Shown here piece after piece: positions 38,652 through 50,046 of a stretch of 64,000 nucleotides of DNA. The notes under the pieces are model-generated. The model was not told where the DNA came from and ran no database searches. It saw only the letters and a list, made by a program, of their open reading frames with translations. The position numbers and the translations under genes were made by a program. The DNA comes from Bdellovibrionota bacterium. GTDB lineage: Bacteria > Bdellovibrionota_C > UBA2361 > OMII01. The number at the start of each line of letters is the position of its first letter. Positions within the stretch are counted from its first letter, which is position 1. The stretch covers positions 1,699-65,698 of the forward strand of contig JBIKWQ010000005.1 in the NCBI GenBank assembly GCA_044356215.1, in the 5' to 3' direction.

Positions 38652-39601
38652 TAGTTATGATTTCCGTCCACCGCGGCGACCCAGGTGCCATCAGGCAATC
38701 GTTCGGCGGATATGTGGTGCATACCGAATCCGTTCCAACTCGAACCTGTGCCTGAGAGTATGGGATTAGGTAAGACGATCTCCTCTTTAATCTCGTCTTT
38801 ATTTAAAACTATAACTCGAAACATGCGGACACTTCTTCCGTACCCGCCGCGATTGTCCTGAACGAAGCGATAAAGCTCACCATCTATATTTAAGATCCGC
38901 CCTGCTGGGCGAGCGCGGCTTGAATCGCCGAGATAAAGGGGACTCTGCTTATGCTCAGTAAATTTTCCAGTAAGGCTTGGAGAGCTAAAAATAGCCAATC
39001 CGTAAGGCGCTAGGTTCGCGAAGATCCACCACTTATTTTGATAGAATACAAGGCTGGGATCCGAGTAATTCCCTCGCTTTAAAACCCGCTCCATGCGCCA
39101 GCGGTTCGGAAATTTAGTCGCTTTGTAGAGTCTAATCTCTCTGTTTTGTCGCGATTCCGGAACCATGTAGTAATCGTTATTTACCTTAAAGACGTAGGGG
39201 TAAGAGAGATGAAACGGTTCGCTTAAAACTACCCCACGATAACTCCATTCGCAGAGATCTTTGCTGGAAGCGACCCCTATCTCTCCCCTTTCTCTCGCTT
39301 TATTAAAGAGCTCAAAAAAAACGTACCAGAGTTCTCCTTCTTTTACTAAAAAAGGATCCGCAACGAACTCGCTCAGTGGCGAGGACACATTTTCTCTGGT
39401 CAATCTCGGATTATGACAATTTGGAATATCTTTAAGAGTGCTTAAGGTGGCGCCACTCATCAACCCCACAGACCAATTTTTCGGAGTTCGAGGTTCTTTG
39501 CTCGTTCGTGATGTCGCGGGCGCGCAGCTAGTGCTGAAGAGAATTAAGCCGATAATAAATAGCCGCCACGGATTATAATGACCGAGTGCTAGCGACTTCA
39601 T
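38651..39601 (-). CDS. Lipoprotein with five-bladed beta-propeller glycoside-hydrolase-like fold (GH43/GH32-like; GINT1 N-terminal-like)
   Basis: Lipobox STSC; VADPFL, EPFHLSYPYVF, YMVPES, YSDPSL, RPAG, MHHIS. Confidence 0.78.
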   Translation of the reverse strand: MKSLALGHYNPWRLFIIGLILFSTSCAPATSRTSKEPRTPKNWSVGLMSGATLSTLKDIPNCHNPRLTRENVSSPLSEFVADPFLVKEGELWYVFFELFNKARERGEIGVASSKDLCEWSYRGVVLSEPFHLSYPYVFKVNNDYYMVPESRQNREIRLYKATKFPNRWRMERVLKRGNYSDPSLVFYQNKWWIFANLAPYGLAIFSSPSLTGKFTEHKQSPLYLGDSSRARPAGRILNIDGELYRFVQDNRGGYGRSVRMFRVIVLNKDEIKEEIVLPNPILSGTGSSWNGFGMHHISAERLPDGTWVAAVDGNHN

Positions 39602-39602
39602 A

Positions 39603-40586
39603 CTACAGCTCTCTCTTGGCGAACTCTTCTATCTGGCGCTTTAACGTGCCGCTATCCCAAGATAACGCGCGCTCAACCGCTGATTCGAATGACACACCTT
39701 CCTCGCGGATAAAATGATAAACTCTCATTAATCCCGAAACACCTCGGCGGTCTACTATGGTCTGAAAACGCAAGCCTGCCGCCGCGTATCCCTGTGGATC
39801 CGGTGTAAAAGCGGATGTAGCGCCTCCTGCTCGAGCGAGTGCGGCATAGTATGCTCGCACCTGTCCGTGTGGAATGGCGCTTGTAAAATCACTAGCGTAT
39901 TGCTCAAACCATACAGCGAATCCCTCAGACCTGGCTCTATCGGCGTCGACAGGACGCTCTGCTAACAGGGCGTGCTCAACGACATGCCCCATCTCATGAA
40001 GTAATACCTGGATTAAAAGATCGTCGGCCCCTTCCTGACGATCACAGTTGGGCGCGATGTAATCAGTGATTATATAGATCCTATTCGGCGGGATCATAAA
40101 CCCTGGATGCTTGCCGGCGGATAGCGCTAGTGGAAACTGCGAAAAGGCTCGGTCCTTATCGATTAGCGCCAAGGTCCACTCACGCTTGGCATAACGTAGA
40201 TCGGCTGTAAAACGGCCGGTACTAAGAGCACGATTGGCGGCACGAGCGGCTTCGCTTACGGCGCGGGCGGGATCCGCTTTGAAGCACCTCTCAATTGATC
40301 GTGACCAGCGTACTTTAATCGATCCAATGTCGGTGGAGAATTCGGCAAGACGCAGGTCATTGCCGACGTTTAAGTCCTCTGGGGCAGCGATCTGATCGAT
40401 ACTTTTATCATCACAGACAAGACGCTCGCGAATCTCGCGCGAAACCTGACGGGGATTAGTTATAGTAACTAGGTCCCCCCTCTCATCTTGATATACGCAG
40501 CGTCGGGCCGCGCTATCACAGAATGCCTCTGTCACAACGAGCAGATACAATCCACAAAGGATCTTTAACACTCGCTGGTATCTCAT
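39603..40586 (-). CDS. Exported putative zinc metallopeptidase (HEXXH), possible DUF4124-like N-terminus
   Basis: Signal peptide; LLHEMGH followed by SEGFAVW (gluzincin-type third ligand); YQDERG N-terminal motif. Confidence 0.65.
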   Translation of the reverse strand: MRYQRVLKILCGLYLLVVTEAFCDSAARRCVYQDERGDLVTITNPRQVSREIRERLVCDDKSIDQIAAPEDLNVGNDLRLAEFSTDIGSIKVRWSRSIERCFKADPARAVSEAARAANRALSTGRFTADLRYAKREWTLALIDKDRAFSQFPLALSAGKHPGFMIPPNRIYIITDYIAPNCDRQEGADDLLIQVLLHEMGHVVEHALLAERPVDADRARSEGFAVWFEQYASDFTSAIPHGQVRAYYAALARAGGATSAFTPDPQGYAAAGLRFQTIVDRRGVSGLMRVYHFIREEGVSFESAVERALSWDSGTLKRQIEEFAKREL

Positions 40587-40602
40587 AAAAACTAATGGCT
40601 AG

Positions 40603-43059
40603 TTACCGCCCCATCGAGACAACGCCACGTTTTGATCTCTTACGACCAGTAACTACCCGCTTAGGCCTACCTAGGAGCGCTAACTCCAGCACCTCGCTTA
40701 CGTGTTTTACTGGGATAAACTGGATCTGCTTACGTTGCTCCTCCGGAATCTCCTCAAGGTCCTTGATATTTTCAAACGGTATAATCACCTTTCTGATCCC
40801 GTACTGTAGTGCCGCCAAAGCCTTCTCTCGCAGACCACCAACAGCCAGCACATTCCCACGGAGCGTAATCTCTCCGGTCATAGCGATATCTTTCGATACC
40901 TTCCTTCCAGACAGAACAGAAACAAGCGCTGTGGCGATCGTTATACCAGCGGATGGACCATCCTTTGGTGTCGCCCCGCCTGGAACGTGAATATGGATAT
41001 CGTGCTTGGAGTGGAACTCAGGATCTAGCCCTAAAATCGACGCGTTGGCTCGCGCATAAAACAACGCTGCCTGCGCTGACTCCTGCATGATATTTCCCAA
41101 CTGTCCGGTCAGAGCTAATCCGCCACTTCCCTTCGCTAGTGAAACTTCAACTGGCATAACTTCACCACCTAGAGTGGTCCAGGCCAATCCACGAACTAAT
41201 CCGACCGCCTCTCGTTGTTCAGTTACCTCTGGATCGTATTTCGTTGGTCCAAGCAATTTAGTTATACGCTCTGGATCGAGGGTCTTTACTACCTTCTTCT
41301 TTTCGGCGTACTCGCGCGCGACTTTACGGCATACCGCTCCGATCTCGCGCTCTAAATTTCTTACTCCCGCCTCTCGGGTATATCTCTCGACGATTAACTC
41401 TATAGCGGCTGGAGTAAAGTTTATCTTTTGCTTCTCTAGCCCCGCCTCTTTAAGCTGTCTCGGTATGATGTAACGCGTTGCGATCTTCTGCTTCTCCTGA
41501 GATGTGTATCCAGGGATCCAGAGGATCTCCAAACGATCTACTAACGGCTCTGGAATAGTGTCGATCGTATTGGCTGTAGCTAAGAAGAGCACATCAGAGA
41601 GATCAAACGGCACATTTAAATAGTGATCTGTGAAATCCCTATTTTGATGCGGATCCAAAACCTCTAATAGCGCTGATGCGGGATCTCCCCTGAAATCAGC
41701 GCCGATCTTGTCTAATTCATCAAGAACAAAAACTGGATTACGACTTCCGGCTGTCTTCAGTCCCTGTATTAAACGCCCAGGAAGCGCGCCTACATAAGTA
41801 CGTCTGTGACCGCGGATCTCCGCCTCGTCTCTCATCCCACCTAACGACATGCGATGAAACTTTCGTCCCAAGGCTCTAGCGATCGATTGGCCTAATGATG
41901 TTTTTCCAACACCTGGAGGTCCGACGAAACAGAGTATCGGTCCCTTGGATTCGGGATTAAGGGTCCTAACACTTAAGTATTCAAGGATACGATCCTTTAC
42001 TTTATCTAATCCGAAGTGATCCTCATCAAGGATCGATTTAGCTTTATTAAGGTCAATACGATCCTTAGTTGTGGTGCTCCACGGAAGATCCGTTATCCAT
42101 TCGAGATAAGTTCTTAAAAGCGCGAACTCACCTGACTCGGGGCTCATTTGCTCCAATCTCTTTAACTGCTTGAAAGCTTCATCATTAGCTTGTTTCGGCA
42201 ACCGGAGATCGGTCAAGCGGCCGCGCAATGCTTGCAAATCATCCGATCCGGTATCGGCCTCACCCAGCTCACGCTGTATCTGCTTAATCTGCTCGCGTAG
42301 ATAATACTCGCGCTGACCTTTGCTCATCTCATCGCGCGCTTTGTCCTTAATCTTCTCAGAAAGGATAAATTTATTCAGATCATCTGAGATCGATGCGTCA
42401 GTTAGCTTTATTCGCTTGATAGCATCGTGCTCCTCTAGCGCGGCCTGAGCCTCCTTTAGGTCAACTTTATAGTGAGCTAAGATCACATCCGCCAACGTTC
42501 CCGGATCATGGATCTCCTCGGTAACGATCAGCATCTCCTCTGGCAGGTGCTCATATTCGACCAACACCTGCAAATTCTCTCTAATTCTATTTATGATCGC
42601 CTGCGTTTCGGCGGATATCTTTGGAGTCTTTGGCTGCGGAAGCGGCTCAATTCGCGCTATTAAATGCCTCTGCTTGTTCTCTATCTTTTTTGCTTTTGCT
42701 CTGACTAGCCCCTGCATCAAAACCTTGTAGCGGCCGTCCTGAACCTGCAATGTTCGCACTATATGAGCAACAACTCCGACCTTATAAAGATCCTTAGCCG
42801 CCGGATCCTCGACATCGGCCCTCATCTGCGCGACTACGAAAACAAGTCGCTCGCTGTTCATCGCCGACTCCATCGCCCTGATACTGTCTGGGCGACTTAA
42901 ATAAAGCGACATCATGACACCAGGAAACGGCACCATATCCTTCGCCGCGAGCACGGGAAGGATATCAGGGATAGCGATCTCCTCAGGCTCTGTTACCCCT
43001 CTGTAAGAATCCTCTGACACTTCGCTTTTCTTTCTTTTTTGTACTTTCTTCTTGGTCAT
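40603..43059 (-). CDS. lon: ATP-dependent Lon protease
   Basis: LON_N, QREYYLREQIKQIQREL, DHFGLDKVKDRILE, GPPGVGKTS, DEAEIRGHRRTY, PKDGPSAG (catalytic Ser), GGLREK. Start at MTKKK (43059) preferred. Confidence 0.97.
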   Translation of the reverse strand: MTKKKVQKRKKSEVSEDSYRGVTEPEEIAIPDILPVLAAKDMVPFPGVMMSLYLSRPDSIRAMESAMNSERLVFVVAQMRADVEDPAAKDLYKVGVVAHIVRTLQVQDGRYKVLMQGLVRAKAKKIENKQRHLIARIEPLPQPKTPKISAETQAIINRIRENLQVLVEYEHLPEEMLIVTEEIHDPGTLADVILAHYKVDLKEAQAALEEHDAIKRIKLTDASISDDLNKFILSEKIKDKARDEMSKGQREYYLREQIKQIQRELGEADTGSDDLQALRGRLTDLRLPKQANDEAFKQLKRLEQMSPESGEFALLRTYLEWITDLPWSTTTKDRIDLNKAKSILDEDHFGLDKVKDRILEYLSVRTLNPESKGPILCFVGPPGVGKTSLGQSIARALGRKFHRMSLGGMRDEAEIRGHRRTYVGALPGRLIQGLKTAGSRNPVFVLDELDKIGADFRGDPASALLEVLDPHQNRDFTDHYLNVPFDLSDVLFLATANTIDTIPEPLVDRLEILWIPGYTSQEKQKIATRYIIPRQLKEAGLEKQKINFTPAAIELIVERYTREAGVRNLEREIGAVCRKVAREYAEKKKVVKTLDPERITKLLGPTKYDPEVTEQREAVGLVRGLAWTTLGGEVMPVEVSLAKGSGGLALTGQLGNIMQESAQAALFYARANASILGLDPEFHSKHDIHIHVPGGATPKDGPSAGITIATALVSVLSGRKVSKDIAMTGEITLRGNVLAVGGLREKALAALQYGIRKVIIPFENIKDLEEIPEEQRKQIQFIPVKHVSEVLELALLGRPKRVVTGRKRSKRGVVSMGR

Positions 43060-43155
43060 AGAACACCTACAGAGATAACCGCGACTCTCAATCCTGAGAC
43101 TATAGCCTTGCGGCTCTCGGTTCAAAAGGGCCTAAATAAGCTGGGAAGACGCCGG

Positions 43156-43878
43156 TTACCGGTCAACAAACACGACTCCCTTGGTGTAGTATCCCACCTC
43201 TCCGGCTATCAACACAGTGTAGGCGCGCCTAGCGGATAGGATATAATCGAGGGCCACGGCTGCTCGACCGTCCGACGCGCGATTCGCGGTGATTCGCGCC
43301 AATCCTGGCTGCGCCTCTATGTATTCAGAGGCCGCGCCGAACTGCACGCTTTTAGCCCCACCAGACCATGTTGATACGTTAACTGATAGGGAGGACGCTC
43401 CTGTAGTACCATTAACAAACCTGATAACAGCGCCTGAGAAGTTCGTGGGAATCACATCCTCGATCAGCTTCGCCCGTACTCCAAAGGTAGTCGAATCGCC
43501 GTAGAGAAGAATTGAGTACGCGTCACTACCACTCGAGATAAGTGAAAACGAGCCAAAAACCGTATCAGGATTCAGAGCTCTAGTAATCGAAATAGATTGC
43601 GCTCCATCAGGGATAGATCGATAGCCTTTTGAATCAGTGAAGTGAATCTTAGTCTCTAACGGCCCGCCACTAAGCGATGAAATCAGGTCTACTGGACTGC
43701 CATCAATAGCACCGTGCAAGACTCGAACTCCCGAATTACTATCGCTGCCAATTCCTCCTGAGCCAGAACCACCGGAACTAGATCCGCCGCCGCCTCCTCC
43801 GCAGGCGACCAACAAAGAGGTCATCGATAAAAGCAAAATTCTCGCCGCAAATATTTTTCTCTGTTTCATGGAGCCCAT
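43156..43878 (-). CDS. DUF4397-like lipoprotein
   Basis: Lipobox LVAC, Gly/Ser linker, VRVLHGAIDGSPVD and second repeat IRFVNG. Confidence 0.75.
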   Translation of the reverse strand: MGSMKQRKIFAARILLLSMTSLLVACGGGGGGSSSGGSGSGGIGSDSNSGVRVLHGAIDGSPVDLISSLSGGPLETKIHFTDSKGYRSIPDGAQSISITRALNPDTVFGSFSLISSGSDAYSILLYGDSTTFGVRAKLIEDVIPTNFSGAVIRFVNGTTGASSLSVNVSTWSGGAKSVQFGAASEYIEAQPGLARITANRASDGRAAVALDYILSARRAYTVLIAGEVGYYTKGVVFVDR

Positions 43879-43910
43879 ATGATTTCAAACGCTGAAAAAT
43901 CGATTACCTA

Positions 43911-44678
43911 TTACCCGTTAAGAGCCGAGCGAATCACCTCTACCATCACATCATAACCGGCTGTGTTCGGATGAAGCCCCTCCGGGATATTCAGCAGAGA
44001 GCAGATGCTCAAGTCCGGACACATCGTCAGAAAGCGAAGCTCCACATCAGCGACAGGCAGGTCATTTATGGCCCCCAAATCTCGCAAAATCGTCGAGTAC
44101 AAATTGGTATACGGGAGTAGCGAGCTATTAATAGCTGTAGGGGGCACGATAGTGTTTAGCACCATCTGTTTCCCCTCAGCTCGAGCTACATTTATCAGGC
44201 GTTGAACCGCTGGTCTGTACTCAGACGCCGAGACGCGCTGTATCGCGTCGTTAGTCCCCATCATAAATACAATAGTGTCGATATCGGAGCCGACTACAAT
44301 GTCTGCGAAACGTTCGATCCCTGAATTGAGAAGTCGCTCCCCTGGAACCCCGGCGTTAGTCACTAGCCAGCTTCCACTGGAGCTTAAACGAAGGGGGTAC
44401 CCTCTCGGGTCTCCCGAATCCTCTATTGATTCAACGTAACTGCCAGAGCTAGTGCCGTCTCCTACTCCGTAAGTAATACTGTCACCAAAGGCAAGAATGT
44501 TAACCTGCCCATCCCCGGTGACATCCTGTCCCGCCCCTCCTTGAGCAAATGCGGACTCGACGGCACAGCTTAGGGTCCCTGTGATGACCGCGAGATTAGA
44601 TAAGAATACAATGCAAAAAAATCCGCCGAATGAGCTGGCCCTATCCCAGTAACTACGCAAATAAATACCAGTAACCAT
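43911..44678 (-). CDS. SGNH/GDSL hydrolase
   Basis: AFGDSITYG, NAGVPGE, MMGTNDA, EGLHPN (DxxH Asp replaced by Glu). Confidence 0.9.
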   Translation of the reverse strand: MVTGIYLRSYWDRASSFGGFFCIVFLSNLAVITGTLSCAVESAFAQGGAGQDVTGDGQVNILAFGDSITYGVGDGTSSGSYVESIEDSGDPRGYPLRLSSSGSWLVTNAGVPGERLLNSGIERFADIVVGSDIDTIVFMMGTNDAIQRVSASEYRPAVQRLINVARAEGKQMVLNTIVPPTAINSSLLPYTNLYSTILRDLGAINDLPVADVELRFLTMCPDLSICSLLNIPEGLHPNTAGYDVMVEVIRSALNG

Positions 44679-44753
44679 ATACCCTTACCCGAGCCCTATA
44701 CTGTTAATCACCACTTCCGTCAGCCCCGCCCTCTCAGAGACCGCGCTAACTGA

Positions 44754-46727
44754 CTAATATCCGCTTTCGACTCGCTCTCCGGCTCCTAAAAGCGCCGCAT
44801 TACTATCCGGCGCTGCCACAGGGGCTCCAACCGCCCCATAGCCTGGCTTCGTCGGTCTCTCTGGCGGTAGCCTCTCCTGAAATGAGTCGCGTAGAACCTC
44901 AACTACATAAAATCGCCTGGACATCTCACCTGAAGGCACGGTGGTGATCACCCCCGTCACCCCGCGATATGGCGGCGCCTGCGACAACATCGCCTCAAAT
45001 GTACCTGTCCCCTGGGCGCTTTGCCTTACAGCGTTCATCGTCAAAGTTCCAGCGTCGAAACCCTGCGCCGCCAAGAAGTTTGGGGCAACCGAGTACTTGG
45101 CGCGATACGAGTCTATAAATTTGCGCACCTCCTCTCGTGTACTCTGCGCGAAAAATGGCGAAACAAAGAGAGCTCGCTCAAACAACGCCTGAGACCTGGC
45201 GATTTTCTGGGCATTGTCCCACATCGCCGTTCCTAACGGCCTAATTCTTTTATTCAGACCAGGGGAAAAATTACGCAACAACCTCTCGCTCACGTCGATA
45301 TTATCCGCGATTACCACTCCCTCAGCGGTTGAGCTCTCAAGCTGCTTCGCCACATCGATAAGAGAGGCATCATCACTTGAGAGATAATTAAGCTCTAGCG
45401 CGACCGCCAAACCAAGAGCGGCCAACTTCCTCCTAAACGCCTCTAGTATCTCAGTTCCCGCCCCACTCTGTGGATAAACAATCGCAAAGCGCGTGATGCC
45501 GTATTCTCCGTAGGCTGAATTAATCAGTGATTCAATCTGGCTTGAGGTCGTAGCTCCCAGCCGAAAAACCCCCGAACCAGTCTGAAAGGACTCACTCTTT
45601 GAAAGGGAAACGATCGGCACACCTACTTCGCGAGCAGTTTGGGCTGCGGCCACAGCAGGCTCAGTCAGCAGTGGCCCCGCTATCACAGTCGCTCCAGATC
45701 CCGCTACCAACTCGCGCACCGCCGCCGAGACGCCCGCTGAATCGGCCCCTGGATCGCGTGAGATTAACGTCACCTTTGGGTCCTTGGTATTGTTCGCTTC
45801 TACCGCAAGCTCAAATCCCTGCTTCGAGTCCCGCCCCAAAGCGCCAAACTTATCCGATACACTCAGCACTAAACCGATCACCGGCGCGCCATTAGCAGTC
45901 ACCTGAGCTGGAGCGACCGCCGGCCCCTCAAACCACATCCAGAAAGGCTTATCCGACTTATAATCATCAGGGTCATAAGACACCGCGGCGCGTCTTAACC
46001 TCTCTCGTCCTATTTGCTGATTTATAAATGTATCACCTTGCCACTTTACCGCTATGCGTTCGAAATCAACCTCAGACAGAGTGCGCAGCAAAAGATTGCT
46101 CCCGGTCTCAGCTACTCGAATCGCAGGACCTCCTGGCCGACCCTGTGCAGAGACCTTCGAAAACCACGCGAACGACTGATCAAAATCTCCGTGTCTGCCG
46201 TACGCGAACGCCAGCAAAAGTGCAAAGGGAACACTGACCTCCGCTTCCCCCGATCCTTTGCGCTTAAAAAATGCTCCCGTTGTAGTCAAAGCCTCTTTTG
46301 CCTGATCCAACGCTAGGTACTGACTTGCGATACGCAGAGTTGTCGCCTCTCCCTCCGCCGGACTAAGAGATTCTGTACTAGCGCTTAGGTAGGCATCCAG
46401 GGCCGATCTTCTCTTCCCAGCCTCTTGCAGCTCATCTCCTAATATCACCTGTCGATTCACTAGCGGTCGGCCCTCTAGATCCTGAAAAGGTTGCCACAGT
46501 TCCCAGGGCATGCGCTTTGCTAGCTCCGGCTTTACATCCTCTTTGTATGAATAGTTAGGAGCTGGAAGAGGCTTTGGCTTCTTGGGCTTAGGCAATGATC
46601 CACACCCCACAAACACTAACGCAGCCGAAATAATAACGGCGCCGGTAATATCCCGATTGATTAAACATCTGAGGAATCTAGCTGTAGGGCCAAAAAGCCC
46701 TGATTTCTTTCTGGATAAGATATTCAT
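44754..46727 (-). CDS. LpoA/LppC-like lipoprotein (penicillin-binding protein activator-like, periplasmic-binding-protein fold)
   Basis: Lipobox FVGC; TPR-like N-terminus; IGLVLSVSDKF..LG, IAGPLL, FLAAQGFDA, YRGVTG. Confidence 0.8.
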   Translation of the reverse strand: MNILSRKKSGLFGPTARFLRCLINRDITGAVIISAALVFVGCGSLPKPKKPKPLPAPNYSYKEDVKPELAKRMPWELWQPFQDLEGRPLVNRQVILGDELQEAGKRRSALDAYLSASTESLSPAEGEATTLRIASQYLALDQAKEALTTTGAFFKRKGSGEAEVSVPFALLLAFAYGRHGDFDQSFAWFSKVSAQGRPGGPAIRVAETGSNLLLRTLSEVDFERIAVKWQGDTFINQQIGRERLRRAAVSYDPDDYKSDKPFWMWFEGPAVAPAQVTANGAPVIGLVLSVSDKFGALGRDSKQGFELAVEANNTKDPKVTLISRDPGADSAGVSAAVRELVAGSGATVIAGPLLTEPAVAAAQTAREVGVPIVSLSKSESFQTGSGVFRLGATTSSQIESLINSAYGEYGITRFAIVYPQSGAGTEILEAFRRKLAALGLAVALELNYLSSDDASLIDVAKQLESSTAEGVVIADNIDVSERLLRNFSPGLNKRIRPLGTAMWDNAQKIARSQALFERALFVSPFFAQSTREEVRKFIDSYRAKYSVAPNFLAAQGFDAGTLTMNAVRQSAQGTGTFEAMLSQAPPYRGVTGVITTVPSGEMSRRFYVVEVLRDSFQERLPPERPTKPGYGAVGAPVAAPDSNAALLGAGERVESGY

Positions 46728-46797
46728 GATTGCCTGACCGTTTTACTTAGGGAAACGCTTGGCCTACCTTGGCCAGCGCAATCGCTCTCCTGGGGGT

Positions 46798-47925
46798 TTA
46801 GGAGAACATATCCTTCATCTTATCAAAGAAACCCTTTTCGTCGTCAACTACCGTTCCTTGTATCTGGGCCAACTTCTCCAGGAGGTCTCGCTCTTCCTCG
46901 GACACCTTCCTCGGGACATGAACAAGCACCCTGACGTGCTGATCCCCTCTTCTCTGCGGGCTACTTCCAAGGACTGGGATTCCCTTCCCTTTAAGCCTAA
47001 ACACCTTGCCAGACGGAGTTCCCGCCGGGATCTTGAGCTTTAATTTCCCATCTAACGAAGGTACCTCAACTTCGCCACCTAATACCGCCATCGAGTAACC
47101 TATCGGGAAATCGCACACCACCTCTGCATCTTCACGCTGAAAGATCGCGTGCTCGCCGACTAGAATCTGCACATAAAGATCACCGTTTGGACCGCCCCCA
47201 ACTCCGGGTTCTCCCTCTCCACGCATCTTGAGTCTCTGACCGTTATCAACTCCGGCTGGTATCTTCACCTTGAGCTTAGACTCACGAGATTTCATCCCGC
47301 TACCGGAACATGCCTTGCAAGGATCTTTAACAACCTCTCCAACGCCGCCGCAAGCGTGGCAAGATCTAGCCAATGTAAAAAACCCCTGCTGCATACGGAT
47401 CTGACCAGCTCCGTTACACTGAGGACACCTATCCCGACCAGTACCTTTCGTGGCGCCACTTCCCGAACAATCTTCACACTTTGTGCGTCTGGCTAGAGTC
47501 ACCTCTTTCTCGCAGCCAAAAGCCGCCTCTTCAAAAGTAACCTCTAAATCATAGCGCAGATCGTTACCTGTCCGTCCTCGCGACCCACGTCGCGGGTCAC
47601 CACCCATCGCCCCGCCAAAGAACGACCCAAAGATGTCGCCGAATATATCCTCAAAACCGGAGAAATCGCCCGACTGAAAACCTCCAGCGCCACCGCCCTG
47701 CTGAAACGCCGCGTGTCCAAAGCGATCGTACCGTGCTCGGCTCTCGTTATCACTTAAGACCGAGTATGCCTCAGTAGCTTCTTTAAACTTCTCCTCTGCT
47801 TCCTTGTTGCCAGGATTCTTATCAGGATGAAACTGAACTGCCTTCTTGCGGTAAGCTTTCTTTATCTCATCGGCAGAGGCGCTCTTGGCCACCTCAAGAA
47901 CTTCGTAGTAATCACGCTTCGACAT
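46798..47925 (-). CDS. dnaJ: Chaperone DnaJ
   Basis: J-domain HPD, G/F region, four CxxCxGxG repeats, [14 protein letters not shown]. Confidence 0.98.
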   Translation of the reverse strand: MSKRDYYEVLEVAKSASADEIKKAYRKKAVQFHPDKNPGNKEAEEKFKEATEAYSVLSDNESRARYDRFGHAAFQQGGGAGGFQSGDFSGFEDIFGDIFGSFFGGAMGGDPRRGSRGRTGNDLRYDLEVTFEEAAFGCEKEVTLARRTKCEDCSGSGATKGTGRDRCPQCNGAGQIRMQQGFFTLARSCHACGGVGEVVKDPCKACSGSGMKSRESKLKVKIPAGVDNGQRLKMRGEGEPGVGGGPNGDLYVQILVGEHAIFQREDAEVVCDFPIGYSMAVLGGEVEVPSLDGKLKLKIPAGTPSGKVFRLKGKGIPVLGSSPQRRGDQHVRVLVHVPRKVSEEERDLLEKLAQIQGTVVDDEKGFFDKMKDMFS

Positions 47926-48003
47926 CGGTTCACAACCTAAAACATAAGCTGGAAGGTTTATATCACAACTGCCGACAAGATCACAGGTGAGTCAAAACCT
48001 CAT

Positions 48004-48048
48004 GGAAGCGGGACAAAACCTCGCGCTAGCGGGTTTTGTCGCTCTTCC
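48004..48048 (-). terminator. Hairpin downstream of dnaK (terminator/attenuator or mRNA stabiliser)
   Basis: GGAAG..GACAAAACC-tcgc-gcta-gcg-GGTTTTGTC..CTTCC stem between dnaK and dnaJ. Confidence 0.55.
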
Positions 48049-48058
48049 TTCTACAGCC

Positions 48059-49978
48059 CTACTTAGAGTCGCGAACCTCTTCGTAGTCGGCATCGACTAC
48101 GTCGTCATCCTTCGCGTCGGCCTGCTTAGCCGTTCCATCTGCTGACGCGTCAGCATCGGCTCCGCCCTCCGCGGCGGCCTTCTTATAGGCCTCCTCAGCG
48201 AGCTTGTGACTGACCTTCTCTAGCGCGTCTGTAGCAGTCTTCATCTTCTCCTGGTCACCCGTCTCAAGAGCCTTCTTGGCATCCTCAAGTGCTGTATTCA
48301 CCGCACCCTTTAGATCCGGGGTAGCCTTCTCTCCGAGCTCGTTAATTGTCTTCTCTGTCGAGTAGATCATCGTGTCAAGCTTGTTGCGAACCTCTACAGT
48401 CTCGCGACGTTTGCGATCCTCGTCAGCGTGAGCCTTAGCGTCGTTTACCATCCGCTCGATCTCCTCCTTTGAGAGACCAGAGCTAGAAGTAATCTTAATC
48501 GACTGCTCCTTGCCTGTTCCGAGATCCTTAGCTCCTACCGACACGATACCATTCGCGTCGATGTCGAAGGTTACCTCGATCTGAGGTACCCCGCGCGGCG
48601 CGGCCGGTATTCCCATCAACTCAAACTTTCCGAGCGTCTTGTTATCACCAGCCATCTCACGCTCTCCCTGCAGTACGTGGATCGAAACCGCTGGCTGGTT
48701 ATCAGCCGCTGTTGAGAACACCTGCGACTTACGAGTCGGGATGGTCGTGTTTTTATCTATTAGCTTTGTGAATACCCCACCATAAGTTTCGATTCCAAGG
48801 CTTAGTGGTGTTACATCTAGTAACAACACATCCTTAACATCACCCTGGAGCACTCCACCTTGAACGGCCGCTCCGATCGCTACAGCTTCATCAGGATTTA
48901 CACTCTTTGAGGCCTCTTTTCCGAAGATCTCCTTTACGCGGGCCTGAACAGCCGGCATACGGGTCATACCTCCGACAAGGATTACCTCTCCAATATCACT
49001 CGCGGAGATTCCAGCATCACGTAGCGCTACACGACACGGATCCTCAAGCCTCTTGAGAAGGTTTGAACAGAGCGACTCAAACTTAGCGCGAGTAATCTTT
49101 AGGTTCATGTGCTTCGGACCAGAAGCGTCCGCAGTAATGAATGGAAGATTGATATCTGTCTCCATCGCCGACGAGAGCTCATGCTTAGCTTTCTCCGCCG
49201 CTTCCTTTAAGCGCTGCAGAGCCATCGTGTCCTTACGGAGATCGATCCCCTGCTCCTTCTTGAACTCGTCTGCTAGGTAATCAACGAGGATAAGATCAAA
49301 ATCCTCTCCTCCAAGGAATGTATCTCCGTTGGTAGCCTTAACCTCAAAGACACCGTCGCCTAACTCAAGGATCGACACATCGAACGTACCACCTCCTAAG
49401 TCGAATACAGCGATCGTCTTCTCGTGCTTCTTATCTAATCCGTAGGCTAGCGCAGCAGCAGTTGGCTCGTTAATGATACGCAGAACGTTCAGTCCAGCGA
49501 TCTGCCCAGCATCCTTTGTCGCTTGACGTTGAGCATCATCGAAATACGCTGGTACGGTGATAACAGCCTCGGTTACCTTCTCACCGAGATAATCCTCGGC
49601 TGTCTGCTTCATCTTTGACAGGATCATCGCCGAGATCTCTTGTGGGCTCTTTGAGTCGCTCTTTAACTTCACCCAAGCGTCGTTGTTTGATGACGCGACG
49701 ATCTCATAAGGCAAAACCTTGCGGGCCTTTTCCACCTCTGGAGCGTCCGATTTACGGCCGATTAAACGCTTTACCGCGAAGATCGTATTCTTTGGATTCG
49801 TCACCGCCTGGCGCTTAGCAATCTGACCAACGAGGCGCTCTCCAGCATCATTTGCGGCAACTACAGACGGGGTAGTCCTGCTTCCCTCGCTGTTAGCGAT
49901 TACCACTGGGCTTCCACCCTCCATTATCGCCACACAAGAATTCGTTGTTCCTAAATCAATTCCTATTACCTTTCCCAT
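48059..49978 (-). CDS. dnaK: Chaperone DnaK
   Basis: [54 protein letters not shown]. Confidence 0.99.
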   Translation of the reverse strand: MGKVIGIDLGTTNSCVAIMEGGSPVVIANSEGSRTTPSVVAANDAGERLVGQIAKRQAVTNPKNTIFAVKRLIGRKSDAPEVEKARKVLPYEIVASSNNDAWVKLKSDSKSPQEISAMILSKMKQTAEDYLGEKVTEAVITVPAYFDDAQRQATKDAGQIAGLNVLRIINEPTAAALAYGLDKKHEKTIAVFDLGGGTFDVSILELGDGVFEVKATNGDTFLGGEDFDLILVDYLADEFKKEQGIDLRKDTMALQRLKEAAEKAKHELSSAMETDINLPFITADASGPKHMNLKITRAKFESLCSNLLKRLEDPCRVALRDAGISASDIGEVILVGGMTRMPAVQARVKEIFGKEASKSVNPDEAVAIGAAVQGGVLQGDVKDVLLLDVTPLSLGIETYGGVFTKLIDKNTTIPTRKSQVFSTAADNQPAVSIHVLQGEREMAGDNKTLGKFELMGIPAAPRGVPQIEVTFDIDANGIVSVGAKDLGTGKEQSIKITSSSGLSKEEIERMVNDAKAHADEDRKRRETVEVRNKLDTMIYSTEKTINELGEKATPDLKGAVNTALEDAKKALETGDQEKMKTATDALEKVSHKLAEEAYKKAAAEGGADADASADGTAKQADAKDDDVVDADYEEVRDSK

Positions 49979-50046
49979 ACTAACTCCTTCTTTAAAATCA
50001 CTCTTAAAATTAATCTGAAATATTCAAGATCCTACCGCGGCTAATC

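Noticed and set aside
43911-44000. SGNH catalytic Asp replaced by Glu (EGLHPN)
   Set aside because: Conservative change; the Ser, Gly, Asn and His blocks are intact, so no case for inactivity.
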